Shown here: positions 54,211 to 64,000 of the stretch, one piece after another | Layout of the letters: every line of letters begins with the position of its first letter | How positions within the stretch are numbered: position 1 is the stretch's first letter | Assembly (NCBI RefSeq): GCF_009834535.1 | Contig: NC_045696.1 | Coordinates: forward strand, 17,982,001-18,046,000 | Direction: 5' to 3' | Length of the DNA: 64,000 bases | Source of the DNA: Camelus ferus | Taxonomy: Eukaryota | Notes under the pieces: model-generated | Seen by the model: the letters and a program-made list of their open reading frames with translations, nothing else | Told to the model about the DNA's origin: nothing | Database searches by the model: none | Position numbers and translations under genes: made by a program

Positions 54211-55214
54211 ATTTACATAAAGAAACAGGGCTCAAAGGGCATAATTGCGATCCGCCTATTGGGCTACAGCTCCCCCCTCTTCGGAGGGTGGCAGGGGGTT
54301 TCTCCTGTGCCGTGCAGATTCAAGTAGCCCTTAGGTGGCAGCTGACATGGCCTGCAGGATCTGGTAGAGACCAGTTCTCTAGCGGTGAAGGAGCCCACCG
54401 AGCCCAAGGCTTCTCTCCCCTTGATCTTTTCTCATTCCCTCCTTTATCGTTCTATCTCTTTGGACTTGAGAAGATCCACTAAGGCAACCACTCGGACATC
54501 CAAATTAAGACCACGTGGCAAGTAATTGGCAACTTGATTGGGTGAGCTTCCCCTCCATGGCTCTTTGAGCCCAATTCCACCTCTCTGCACGGAGCTGTTC
54601 TGGTTCCGGGATGCCAGAACTGTGAAAGGGGGCCCAAATTAGGGGACTCCGGGAGTTCCCCTTTAAAAATTTGTGGCCCAACCCTTCCCGAGTGCCCTTG
54701 GGGCATATGGCCTCACTGCATCCATAGGCGAAGGTGAGAGTCGCGGGCGGGCACTCCCTTTGCAGATTGTGGGTTTTGCACTCCTGAACGAGAATTACCA
54801 GCGAGTGCTCTGTCACAGGTTTGCAGGTTTTAGCACCCCTCGTTGGGGTCACAGGTTTAAGCACCCCTGAGTGAGAGTTGCTGGCGAGTGCTCTCCACAA
54901 GTCGCAGGTTACAGTGCCCCTGGGTGGGAGCCGCAGGCGGACGCTCCCTCAGTGGGCCTACGGATCTCTGGTCTGGGAAGCATGGAGGCTATAGCATTCC
55001 TTTTTCATTCTAGATTTCCACCTTTCAATGCTATTTGTTTCTCTTTCACAAAACGTAATTTGCTTAGTTGACTCAGGACCCGGGTCTCCTCCTTCCATCT
55101 AAAGGATTTAGACTCTGGGACTCTAGTCACCTCTTCTCCCTCTGGCCCTTGCTCCTTTCCTTAACTAGTCTAAAGGAGCCACCTCAGGCTCACAGATAGG
55201 ACATCCTACCCAGA

Positions 55215-56748
55215 ATGGGAACAACTACAAGTATCCCAAAGGACTCCCCGCTAGGATGCATATTAGTAAATTGGAAAAAGTTTAAAAAGAATAGTTTGAA
55301 GAAAAAGGAATTAATTTTCTTTTGTAATACTGTATGGCCCCAATACAAACTAAGGGACCAAGAATTCTGGACAAAGAATGAGTCACTAACTTACAATGCC
55401 ATCTTGCAGCTAGGCCTATTTTGTAAAAGAGGCTGTAAATGGGGGGAAATCCCATATGTCCAGATGTTCCTGACCCTATACCAAAACTCAGGTCTAAGGA
55501 ACTCCTGCCGGATATTCCTGGCCCGCCTCCCCTCTAAGCATCTCCTCCCCAGGAGCTTGATACTCTAGATGACCCCCTTACTGAGTCCAGCTCCCTAAGG
55601 TCCACAGCCAGAAGTTCCTATTTCCCCCAACTCTGAGGGGGAACAGTCTTCCCCATCATCTCCCTCACCAGAGGAAAGTCCTCCAAGTACTATTCCAAGT
55701 GGGGCCAACTACCAACCTCCTATTACCAAACTCTGCCCCTTAAGGGAAGTGCCAGCTGGTGATGGAGGAACAGTCAGAGTTCACGTCCCCTTTTCTATGA
55801 ATGATTTGGCTACCTGCAAGGAGAAATTTGGACATTTCTCTGAGGACCCCAGAAGGTTCATGGAGGAATTTGCCAGGCTGACAATGGCCTATGAGCTCAC
55901 CTGGAGGGACCTTTCAACCTGCTGCACTTTCAAGGAAAAAAGCCGGATCCTCAGCGCAGCGCAGCCAGGGCATATGCTGATGAACTGGCTGCCCGCAACC
56001 AGGGGCACACAGTCTCCCTTACTGGGGGGATGCAATCCCTGACCAAGACCCCCACTGGAACCACCACCAGGGAGGTAGAGGGCTTGAATGCAGAAACCAT
56101 ATGGTTACTTGCCTCACAGAGGGGATGAAAAAATGTGTTGTTAAGCCCATCAACTATGACAAAGTCAGGGAAGTAACACAGGGAAAAGATGAGAATCCAG
56201 CCCTCTTCCAGGGTCGCTTAGTGGAGGCCTTTAAAAAGTACACTAATATTAACCCCAAAATCCCTGCGGGGGAAGCCCTGGTAAACACCCACTTATCACT
56301 CAGTCAGCCCCAGACATCAGGAGACAATTACAGAAGGCAGCTCTGGGACCCCAGACCCCGTGAATCAGCTCGTGGATCTGGCATTTGGAGTATTCAACAA
56401 TAGAGACAGGGTTGAAGAGGTAAGAAGGATCCAGGGAAAACAGCAAAAGGCAAAATTCCTAGTGTCTTCCCTAACCCTTGCACCACCTCAGGGTTACCCT
56501 CCTTCAAGAAGACCCACGGTGAGGACAGGATCCAGGATGCCTGGATCAGAGCCACTGTCTTGCCAAAAAGGGACCTGTTTTAAGTACAGCCAGGAGGGCC
56601 ACTGGAAGAACAAATGCCCCATGTATGGGGAAAGTCCACCAGGACCCTGCCCTATATGCAAACAAAAAGGCCACTGGAAGCAGGACTGCCCTCAGTCCCA
56701 AAAGGGGCTTGGGCTCCCAAACCAATGATGGCTGAAATAACTGAAGAC
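55215..56748 (+). pseudogene. gag: ERV gag (MA-CA-NC), frameshifted
   Basis: MGTTTSIPKDSPLGCILVNW...LIFFCNTVWPQY (HERV-W/9/H-like matrix with Gly2); RVHVPFSMNDL (capsid start); VTQGKDENPALFQGRLVEAFKKYT (MHR); zinc knuckles CFKYSQEGHWKNKC (degenerate) and CPICKQKGHWKQDC. Split over several ORFs. Confidence 0.93.
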
Positions 56749-57080
56749 CGACGGGGCCCGGGACCCTCCCTGGCTCCCACAGGACACCTGGTCATTTCTC
56801 TGGAGGAGCCTTAGGTAACCCTTGACATGGCAGGTAGAAAAGTTGTCTTCTTACGAGATACAGGAGCCACCTACTCTGTGCTGACTGATTTCCCTGGACC
56901 CTTGTCCTCCCAATCCTGTGTAGTAATGGGGATTGACAGAAAGCCCCAAACCAAGCGATTTACAGCCCCCCTTAGCTGCCTGCTAGAAAATTTTACCTTT
57001 GCACATCAGTTTTTGCTTATGCCTGAGTGCCCCATCCCCCTTTTGGGAAGGGATTTACTCACTAAATTCCAGGCAAAAAT
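56749..57080 (+). pseudogene. pro: ERV aspartic protease
   Basis: FLRDTGATYSVL active site (DTG at 56857-56865) and CPIPLLGRDLLTK motif; in-frame TAG at 56812-56814. Confidence 0.92.
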
Positions 57081-58354
57081 TCTAAAATTCCTAGAAGCAG
57101 TCCAGCTTCCAAAAGAGGCTGCAGTCATACACTGCAGGGGTCACCAAAAGGGCAATTCCTCCCTTATACAGGGGGACGCCCTCGCAGAGAAGGCTGTGGA
57201 AGCTGCAGCCAGAGAACACACAGTCTTATAAGCTGCAGTTCTCCCACCTGAGGACCAGCCTCTCCCAACGGTGCCGTCCTATACACCTGAAGTGGTCGAA
57301 TGGGCTAAACACAGGGGGCTGGAAAAGAATCTCTCGGTGGCTGACAAGCTCCTCATTCCTGGGGACAAACAGTGGAAAATAACTAAGCATCTCCACGAGT
57401 CCACCCACCTAGGGTGGCACTGCATGCTCAGACTAATCTCTCAAGTGTTCCCAGGCAAGGAACTGTCCCAAACTGTTAAGGAAGTCACTGGGGCCTGTGA
57501 ACTTTGTGCCCGCAATGACCCAGGGAGTCACCCTGTACCCCGACCCCTACTCCGGCCCACACAACATCGGGGAACGTATCCAGGGGAAGATTGGCAAATG
57601 GGCTTTACCCAGACGCCCTCTTGTAAGAGATGGAAATACCTGTTGGTACACATAGACACCTTTACAGGGTGGGTAGAAGATTTCCCCACTAGAACAGAAA
57701 AAGCAATAGAAGTGTTAAATTTTCTGCTGAAAGAAATAATCCCAAGATTTGGGCTACCAAAAAGCTTACAGAGTGATAATGGACCCTCCCTTCACTGCCA
57801 AGGTGACTCAACAGGTTTCCTCTGCTCTGGGTATTAACTATCACCTTCACTCTTCCTGGAGGCTCCAATCCTCAGGCAAGGTGGAAAAAGCAAATCATGT
57901 TCTAAAGAGAACTCTTGCTAAGCTATGTCAGAAGACTTCAGAAACCTGGGTCCCCTTCCTGCCTATAGCCCTTCTAAGAGTAAGGATGGCCCCTAAGGGA
58001 ATTTTAAAACTTAGCCCATTTGAAATGATTTATGGGAGGCCCTTTTTAACTTCAGATTTCCTGTTTGATGAGGAAATTCATAGATTAGTTTCCCACATTG
58101 TTGGCTTAAGTCAAGTTCAAAAGGTTCTCCAAGAATATGGAAATAAAGTGTTGCCCTTTCCTACAGAGGAAAAGGTTGAAGTCCCTGTCCAATCAGGGGA
58201 CTTTGTCTTACTAAAAACTTGGAAGGAGGGGTCCCCTGAAGACCAGCTGCAGCCAAAATGGAAGGGATTATATCAGGTACTACTGAGCACCGCAACTGTC
58301 GTTAGGCTACGAGGAATTGCTAGTTGGCTACATCTGTCCATAAAAAACCTGTAA
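57081..58354 (+). pseudogene. pol: ERV pol remnant: C-terminal RNase H plus integrase; reverse transcriptase absent
   Basis: RNase H end LEAVQLPKEAAVIHCRGHQKG. Integrase HLHESTH...CELC zinc finger, PGEDWQMGFT, IDTFTGWVE, LQSDNGP, SSGKVEKAN and KWKGLYQVLL (GPY/F-like). Stop at 57229-57231 and a frameshift near 57790. Confidence 0.92.
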
Positions 58355-58439
58355 CTTATAAGCCCCAACAGGAGCCCAGAGAGACCTATGCTTACGAGGC
58401 AATAGAATACCTCAGGTAGCTGTTTAAGAAAAACAAATA

Positions 58440-58800
58440 ATAACGTGTAGCGGTGGTTACAAATGTTTAACCGTGCCTTTTAAATCTTTTTGTTGTTACA
58501 GACTGTCAAACTGTTGTTATGAAGGTGCTTCATCTTTAAGAAAATTCATCAGAAGTCAATGGAAACAGTGGGTTACAGCAGCCCCACATCAGATGCTGGC
58601 TGTGCGAGGATTCCAGCCCACACCCTCAGCCCTTGGACGCCAAAAACAAAAGGCTGTCCTGCCTCTGGGACCTCTAGATTAGGCACTGAGAGATTTTTAC
58701 TTCCTGATAGGCAGGGTCAACGCCCCTACTCAGCCTGGAAGCAGTTTCAGAAGAGGGACCTTCGTCCCTCTGAAACTCCATAAGATTATGGGAGTAAAAT
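58440..58800 (+). pseudogene. Probable env cytoplasmic-tail / 3' UTR remnant (env almost wholly deleted)
   Basis: Only ~450 bp separate the IN end from the PPT. The peptide QMLAVRGFQPTP...LGPLD resembles class I env tails. No SU, furin site or CX6CC motif is seen. Confidence 0.45.
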
Positions 58801-58804
58801 CTCT

Positions 58805-58814
58805 GAGGGGGGAA
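58805..58814 (+). other. Polypurine tract
   Basis: GAGGGGGGAA immediately before the TGAGAC LTR start. Confidence 0.85.
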
Positions 58815-59293
58815 TGAGACAGGGCACAGCCACTCAAGGAAGGCCATAGCAATTAACATCAAAATGGTGAAAGATTCAACCCCTAGAAGGCCTCGAGGCT
58901 CAGGATGATGAGAGATTTAACTTCTAGTAGATCTTGAGCTTTCATTACAAGCCCACTGTAATATATTAACATTGTGAATAACATGACCACAGGCACCGTG
59001 GCAGTCCCAAGGCTAGCCACAAAAGGTCAAAGGGTGGGAAATGGCCAACTTCCTGGGAATCCCAGCCCCTTCCCCTTAGACTGGTCCTTCTACTTATTAG
59101 CATATGAAGCCACCAAACCCATAAAAACCAGCAACACGGCACCTCACGGCCGCCCCCCTCTCTCCCTCTTTGGAGGCAGCCTACATTCTGTCTATGGAGT
59201 GTGTACCTACTTTTAATCTGAGTACCCAACCCCCACACCTCGTGGCCTTTCTCTTGTATTTCAATATCTCTGTCTGAATAAATCTACCTTCAC
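58815..59293 (+). repeat. 3' truncated LTR (U3 + R only)
   Basis: Starts TG after the PPT. TATA-like CATAAAA at 59120-59126 lies ~25 nt before the R start (59149). AATAAA at 59277-59282 is followed by a CA end and poly(A). Confidence 0.9.
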
Positions 59294-60149
59294 AAAAAAA
59301 AAAGAAAAAAAAAGATCTACTCCTGGCTTCTGTGTTCTGCCAGATCCAGGAGGAAACAGTGAGATCACTTAGGAAGTTCCTGCAATAAAAGGGACTCAGT
59401 GTGATAAAGGTGACTCTAGAGTCATAGCTGAGGAGATGGAGAGATCTGGTCGCACTCTGCACGTGATAAACTTCCACACACACGCGTCTTGCTGTGCTGT
59501 ACTTGTTCCTAGACTCGCAGGACTGTACTCCCTCCAAACCCCTCTCTCGTGATCTAATCCTCGAAAAATTTCAGGCATTCAAAGAAATGAATAAGACATT
59601 CTTTCAACTGTATACTTCTTTGGCTCTTGCAACCTAAATTTTGCTGACACAGGGAATATAAATGTCTTGCCTGTTGGTTCAGGCAGAAGGGGTGGTCAAC
59701 CCTAGAAAGACCAAAACATATATCAGTATCTCAGAAAATTTTCCTTTATATATATATATATTTTTTTTTTCTGGAAACATATTTATTTCTATCCCTGCAT
59801 TAAATATATTAGGTGGTGCAAGATGAGAATAAGTTTTAGATAAGACTTAGTTTTAGATGAAACTAAGCTGCTGAGTGGATTGTGTGCATCCCAAGGAGGT
59901 TTTTCCTTATAACAAACTCCATTGGGATGCAAGAGGAACATAATTCATTAATGTGCATATCTATAAGAAATATGTGCAAATGCACATGTGTACCAACATG
60001 AAGATTTGCTTATATAGATACTGAAAAACTAAATTGAAATTAAGCTTTATCATGTTTATAATATGGAATATTTATTATATCTTTCAAACATATTTTACAG
60101 ATATTAGGTGTCCCATTTTGTAAGCCAGGTACTCTGGAGATGACTTTTC

Positions 60150-61225
60150 TCTATGATTAGGGACAAGGCTAAGATAATTACTCTTATGATTTCTATTCCA
60201 TATGAAATGGAGGTTCTATTCAGTGTACTATAAAAATAAAATAAATCAAATAAAAATGAAATAAGTACAGTTTGAATGAAATAAAGTTGTCTGTCTTACA
60301 GAGGATATGACTACTTAGAAAATCACAGAAATCTATAAACACACATGCATAAACATACACTAATTTGCAAGTTCCCAGGTTATAAGGCTAATATTCAGAA
60401 AACAATTTTATTTTAATATACTAGCATTGAGCAGTTGTTAATTGAAATTAAAAATAGAATACTACATGTAATTTCATTCCAAAACATAAGGAATGCTTTT
60501 AGGTATAAAACACATCTATCCAAATATCTAAACAGACAAACAAACTGACCAAGTACTGGTGAGAACACAGAGTAAAGGAACTCTCTCATGCATTGCTGAT
60601 GGGTATACAAAATGTTAACAGATATTGCAAAAAATAGTTTGAGAGTTTTCTCACAACATTAAACATATATTTATAAGATGATTCAGTAATTCCACTTCTA
60701 GACATCTCAAGTGAAATAAAAACTTATGTTTACATAAAAAAACCTGTATAAGAATGTTTATAGCAGCTTTATCCATAATATACCCAAACTGGAAACAATA
60801 CAATTGTACAATTGTACTCCAACTGAGGAACAGATAAACTGTGTATCTGTGTGTACACTATGGAATACTACTACACAACAAAAATGGCAAACTAGTGATA
60901 CACTCAGTAGCACAAATGAATTTCAAATGCATTAAGTGAAAAAAGCCAAAGTCATAATGCTATCTATCATGTAATTTTATTTATATGATATTCTAGACTA
61001 GGCGAAACCATTGGAACCTGAAAACAGATTACTGCTGGATGTACAAAGACAATAACTACAGCTACAAAGGACATTTAAGGGAAAATGTCTTACGTGATGG
61101 AACTGCTGGTGTTGATCACTGTGGTGATTATATGGCTGTACTGATTTGCCAAAACTGGAACCATCCACTAAAAATGGTGAATTTTATTGCATGTAAATTA
61201 TACCTTAATAATGACAATGGAAAAA
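60150..61225 (+). mobile_element. Old L1 (L1MC/ME-like) ORF2 end and 3' UTR
   Basis: GGAACTCTCTCATGCATTGCTGATGGG, AGAATGTTTATAGCAGCTTTATCCATAAT, GGTGAATTTTATTGCATGTAAATTATACCTTAATAA. Confidence 0.8.
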
Positions 61226-63529
61226 AAATGACAAAATATAGTTATAACTGCAATTTAAACAGCCGTTACCTGTCAAAGTTTCCCTTTCTAACCATTTTCT
61301 TCATTCCTGCAGTGACACAGTTCAATCTGGGATCATTTCCCATATATACTATTTCTTGTAGAGCACATTGGCTCACATTTAATCACCTTAGCTTAATTAA
61401 CTTTCTCTTTTGAAGAACACTTTTGCTGGTATAGAATTGTAGATTAATATTTTCTTATTGTTTGTTTATTGTTTTGTCTTTAACACATTCAGTACATCAT
61501 TCTATTATTTCTGCCATCCAAGGTTTTATTAGGAATGAGTCTGAACAGATAACTAGATCTCCGTAAACCAGATCAGTTTTAAATATAGTCACTTACTTCC
61601 CTTAGAATAAAACACGAGACAAAATGAAACCCAGGACAGTACTGCAAGTTGGAGAACTTCTGCAAGACCATCTTGAAAGATTCTAGAGTATTTTCTTTTT
61701 TCTTCCCTTTCGTTAAATAATTTTTGCATAAAATTGAGCACAGATAAATAAAACTGACAAATTCTTAGTATGAGTATATTATACATATGTATATACAGTC
61801 GGATTGATTTTTTGACTTTTATGCTAAACACTATTTATATGAAGCATCAATAATTTGTACTCAGTATTAATATCTGGTACACCTAGTACAGTCCTACACT
61901 CACACTTTTATAAATTTTGATAAATTCATGCAGTCTCCTAAAACATAATAAATATAATACATTTAATATGTAATAAATATGTTATATATAACCTAATAAA
62001 TTCTGAGGTGTAACTCTGGTCTACTAATTTTATGATATTTGCAAGCATATAAAATGATTTAAAGTAAGTGCATAGTAACGTAACTTCATGATTTTATCAC
62101 TAAGATTGTAATATGTATGTTGGATGTGTACCTGAAGCGATAGATAGCAATACTGCTCCATTATTATGGAATTTTATAATCAGTTTATCATGTTTACCCC
62201 TCACCCATCTCACCCTCATTATTTTCCTACAGTTTTATAGGTCAATATATAAAGATATTTGAAAAGTTAACTTGAAGACAGCTGTTTTGTTTTTTTTTTT
62301 AAACTAGGCAGCTTTGATTTGCATTTCCTCTCTGTATAGAGGGTATTAACTGAAGAATGACAGAAACAGGAAACAAAACACTTCCGTTCTTTTATGTGCG
62401 GTTCAGGACAGATTACTCACAAAGTTGATTGGAAATTGTTAGTGTGCTGCTCTAGGACCATCCATCCTCCGCATCTGTTTGTTGAGAGGGTTTGTTCCTA
62501 GTAAGTTTTCAATGACACTTTTTATAATAATTATTTAGCCTCTGAAATCACTTGCATTATAATATATTCTTTAATTCTAAAGCTAAATCAAATGCAATGA
62601 GGAAAACCTATTTTCTCAAAATTAATTTTCTGTTGTTCTGGTTAAAAAATTAAATTTAAATGAACAACAACTGGATCTTATATGGATAAGGAAAAAACTA
62701 TTAATTTTAAGCAGCATCATGGATATGACTAAGGGACAAGCAAATGATAGCAATGATAATATTATGATGAGGTGAGTCCTACCACTGTGGAAAAAAGAAA
62801 CAAAAAGGAGAATATTTCATGGGTCATCTAATTAATGCTCTTTAAAAAAATTCTAAGACTAAGAGAGCAATCGTACTGACCTATGAAGCTTATTCTGGTC
62901 ACCTCTACCTTGAGATGATCATTGGTGGTTTTTGGAAAACTAAGTAATACAACTCATCTGCTGAATCCATTTAGTTCTGTTGGCTTTTCTTTCAAGGAGT
63001 ATTTTGATTTCAAAATAAAGTAAGATTTAAAAGTTGTACTTTATTTCCATAGAGATATAAAGTATCAATTTAAGTTAATAGCTAGAGTAGGGAGGTACCG
63101 ATTGAACACCATCAAATTTTCATGAAGGCTTTCAGCTATAAGAATGCAGCATTATGAAGATACAATAAAGTGATGTGTTATTAATGTTTTTCTCTCTACT
63201 TGCAGAATAACACGGCATCCTTTCCCATGGTACCATGAATAGCAACTGACATGGGAGTAGGCTGAGCTTCTTTGTATAATTTGTGGAGTAATCAAGACAC
63301 CATGGCACTTCTTCCTTCTAAATTTCTCAAGTTTGAACAGATAACTCAAGATGATCAGGATAAAAATCTTCTTTGTGGTTTGACACCCAATTTTACCTTG
63401 TGCAATTTCAATATCCAAGCCATGCAAATGACAATAAAAACTTTGGTTTACTTAATACATGCAAATTATAAAGCTCTTTGTAACTTTTCTTTTAAATTCT
63501 AGAAAAATCTCCTTAAGATAATAAGGTCA

Positions 63530-63680
63530 AATATTGTAATATCCAAATGCCAATTGTCATTTGAGAAAAATGATTCTCCGTGTGAACAAGTAAATTGCCT
63601 GAGGTTAAACAGCAAGTAACTGATAAAGATTTCAAATGAATAATTTTGATCTTCTGACCCTGAATCATTCTGCTACCTTG
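63530..63680 (-). mobile_element. MIR SINE (degenerate)
   Basis: AAGTAAATTGCCTGAGGTTAAACAGCAAGTAA..TCTTCTGACCC. Confidence 0.55.
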
Positions 63681-64000
63681 TGCAGCTTCCTATCGAAAAA
63701 TCTTATTTAATTCTCGAGTTGTTCCTTCAAAGACCCAATGTCTTCTGAAAAGACGTTAAGTTTTAGAACCACAGGATGATCATAAAAAGAGATTATTTTG
63801 TTTGGTGGAATGTTACTGTACTGTGCAGTAGCCATATATTTAATGAGCTTGAAAATTTATTTTAAAATTTATTTGTATCCATAGAATATTCTGTATGTTA
63901 CATTTAAAAATGGACCACACCATATTTATAATATATAAGTAGCAAAATATTTAAATGTAAAATTACAGAAGGTAATTTAAAATTATACCTTAAAGTATAT

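Larger units (their letters stand above)
53907..59311 (+). mobile_element. Processed (L1-retroposed) copy of a class I gamma-like endogenous retrovirus RNA: R-U5-PBS-gag-pro-dRT-RNaseH tail-IN-denv-PPT-U3-R-poly(A)
   Basis: The 145-bp R appears at both ends (53907-54051 and 59149-59293). There is no U3 at the 5' end and no U5 at the 3' end. A poly(A) tract runs 59294-59311. The direct repeat AAGATCTACTCCTG lies at 53894-53907 and 59312-59325. Gag, protease, RNaseH and integrase motifs are present in the ORF track. Confidence 0.93.

Noticed and set aside
53952..55071. ORFs of 65-176 aa over the LTR and leader
   Set aside because: They overlap R/U5/PBS/leader, show no protein motifs, and are expected by chance in GC-richer sequence.
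55215..58354. Domesticated or intact retroviral gene
   Set aside because: Gag, pro and IN all carry stops or frameshifts, and the first IN catalytic Asp appears changed (WQMGFT).
53907..59293. Ordinary provirus with eroded LTRs
   Set aside because: Both truncations fall at transcript boundaries, with poly(A) and a 14-bp TSD; random erosion would not produce this.
63181..63300. Strong plus-strand splice acceptor at 63205 as a coding exon
   Set aside because: All three frames stop within ~40 nt, and such motifs are common by chance in T-rich DNA.
1..64000. CRISPR arrays, operons or other prokaryotic systems
   Set aside because: The sequence is mammalian, and no repeat-spacer array or gene-dense region is visible.

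Overview
AT-rich, repeat-dense mammalian genomic DNA (intergenic or deep intronic). I cannot identify any protein-coding host exon. A tRNA-Ala-derived SINE resembling Vic-1 and the young L1 3' ends suggest a camelid; this is inferred from pattern recall, not a database search. The window holds old repeats (L1M, L2, MIR, MLT1, MER44, MER58A) and a nested L1 cluster at 24-30 kb. The most notable element is a 5.4-kb class I (gamma-like, HERV-W/ERV9/H-like gag) endogenous retrovirus at 53.9-59.3 kb that is not a provirus. It has mRNA architecture (R-U5-PBS-gag-pro-[RT deleted]-RNaseH tail-IN-[env mostly deleted]-PPT-U3-R-polyA) and a perfect 14-bp target-site duplication, i.e. an L1-retroposed ERV transcript. 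A young L1 at 28.8-29.5 kb shows both a twin-priming 5' inversion and a 3' transduction. Boundaries of old repeats are approximate, and family names are from recall of consensus motifs.
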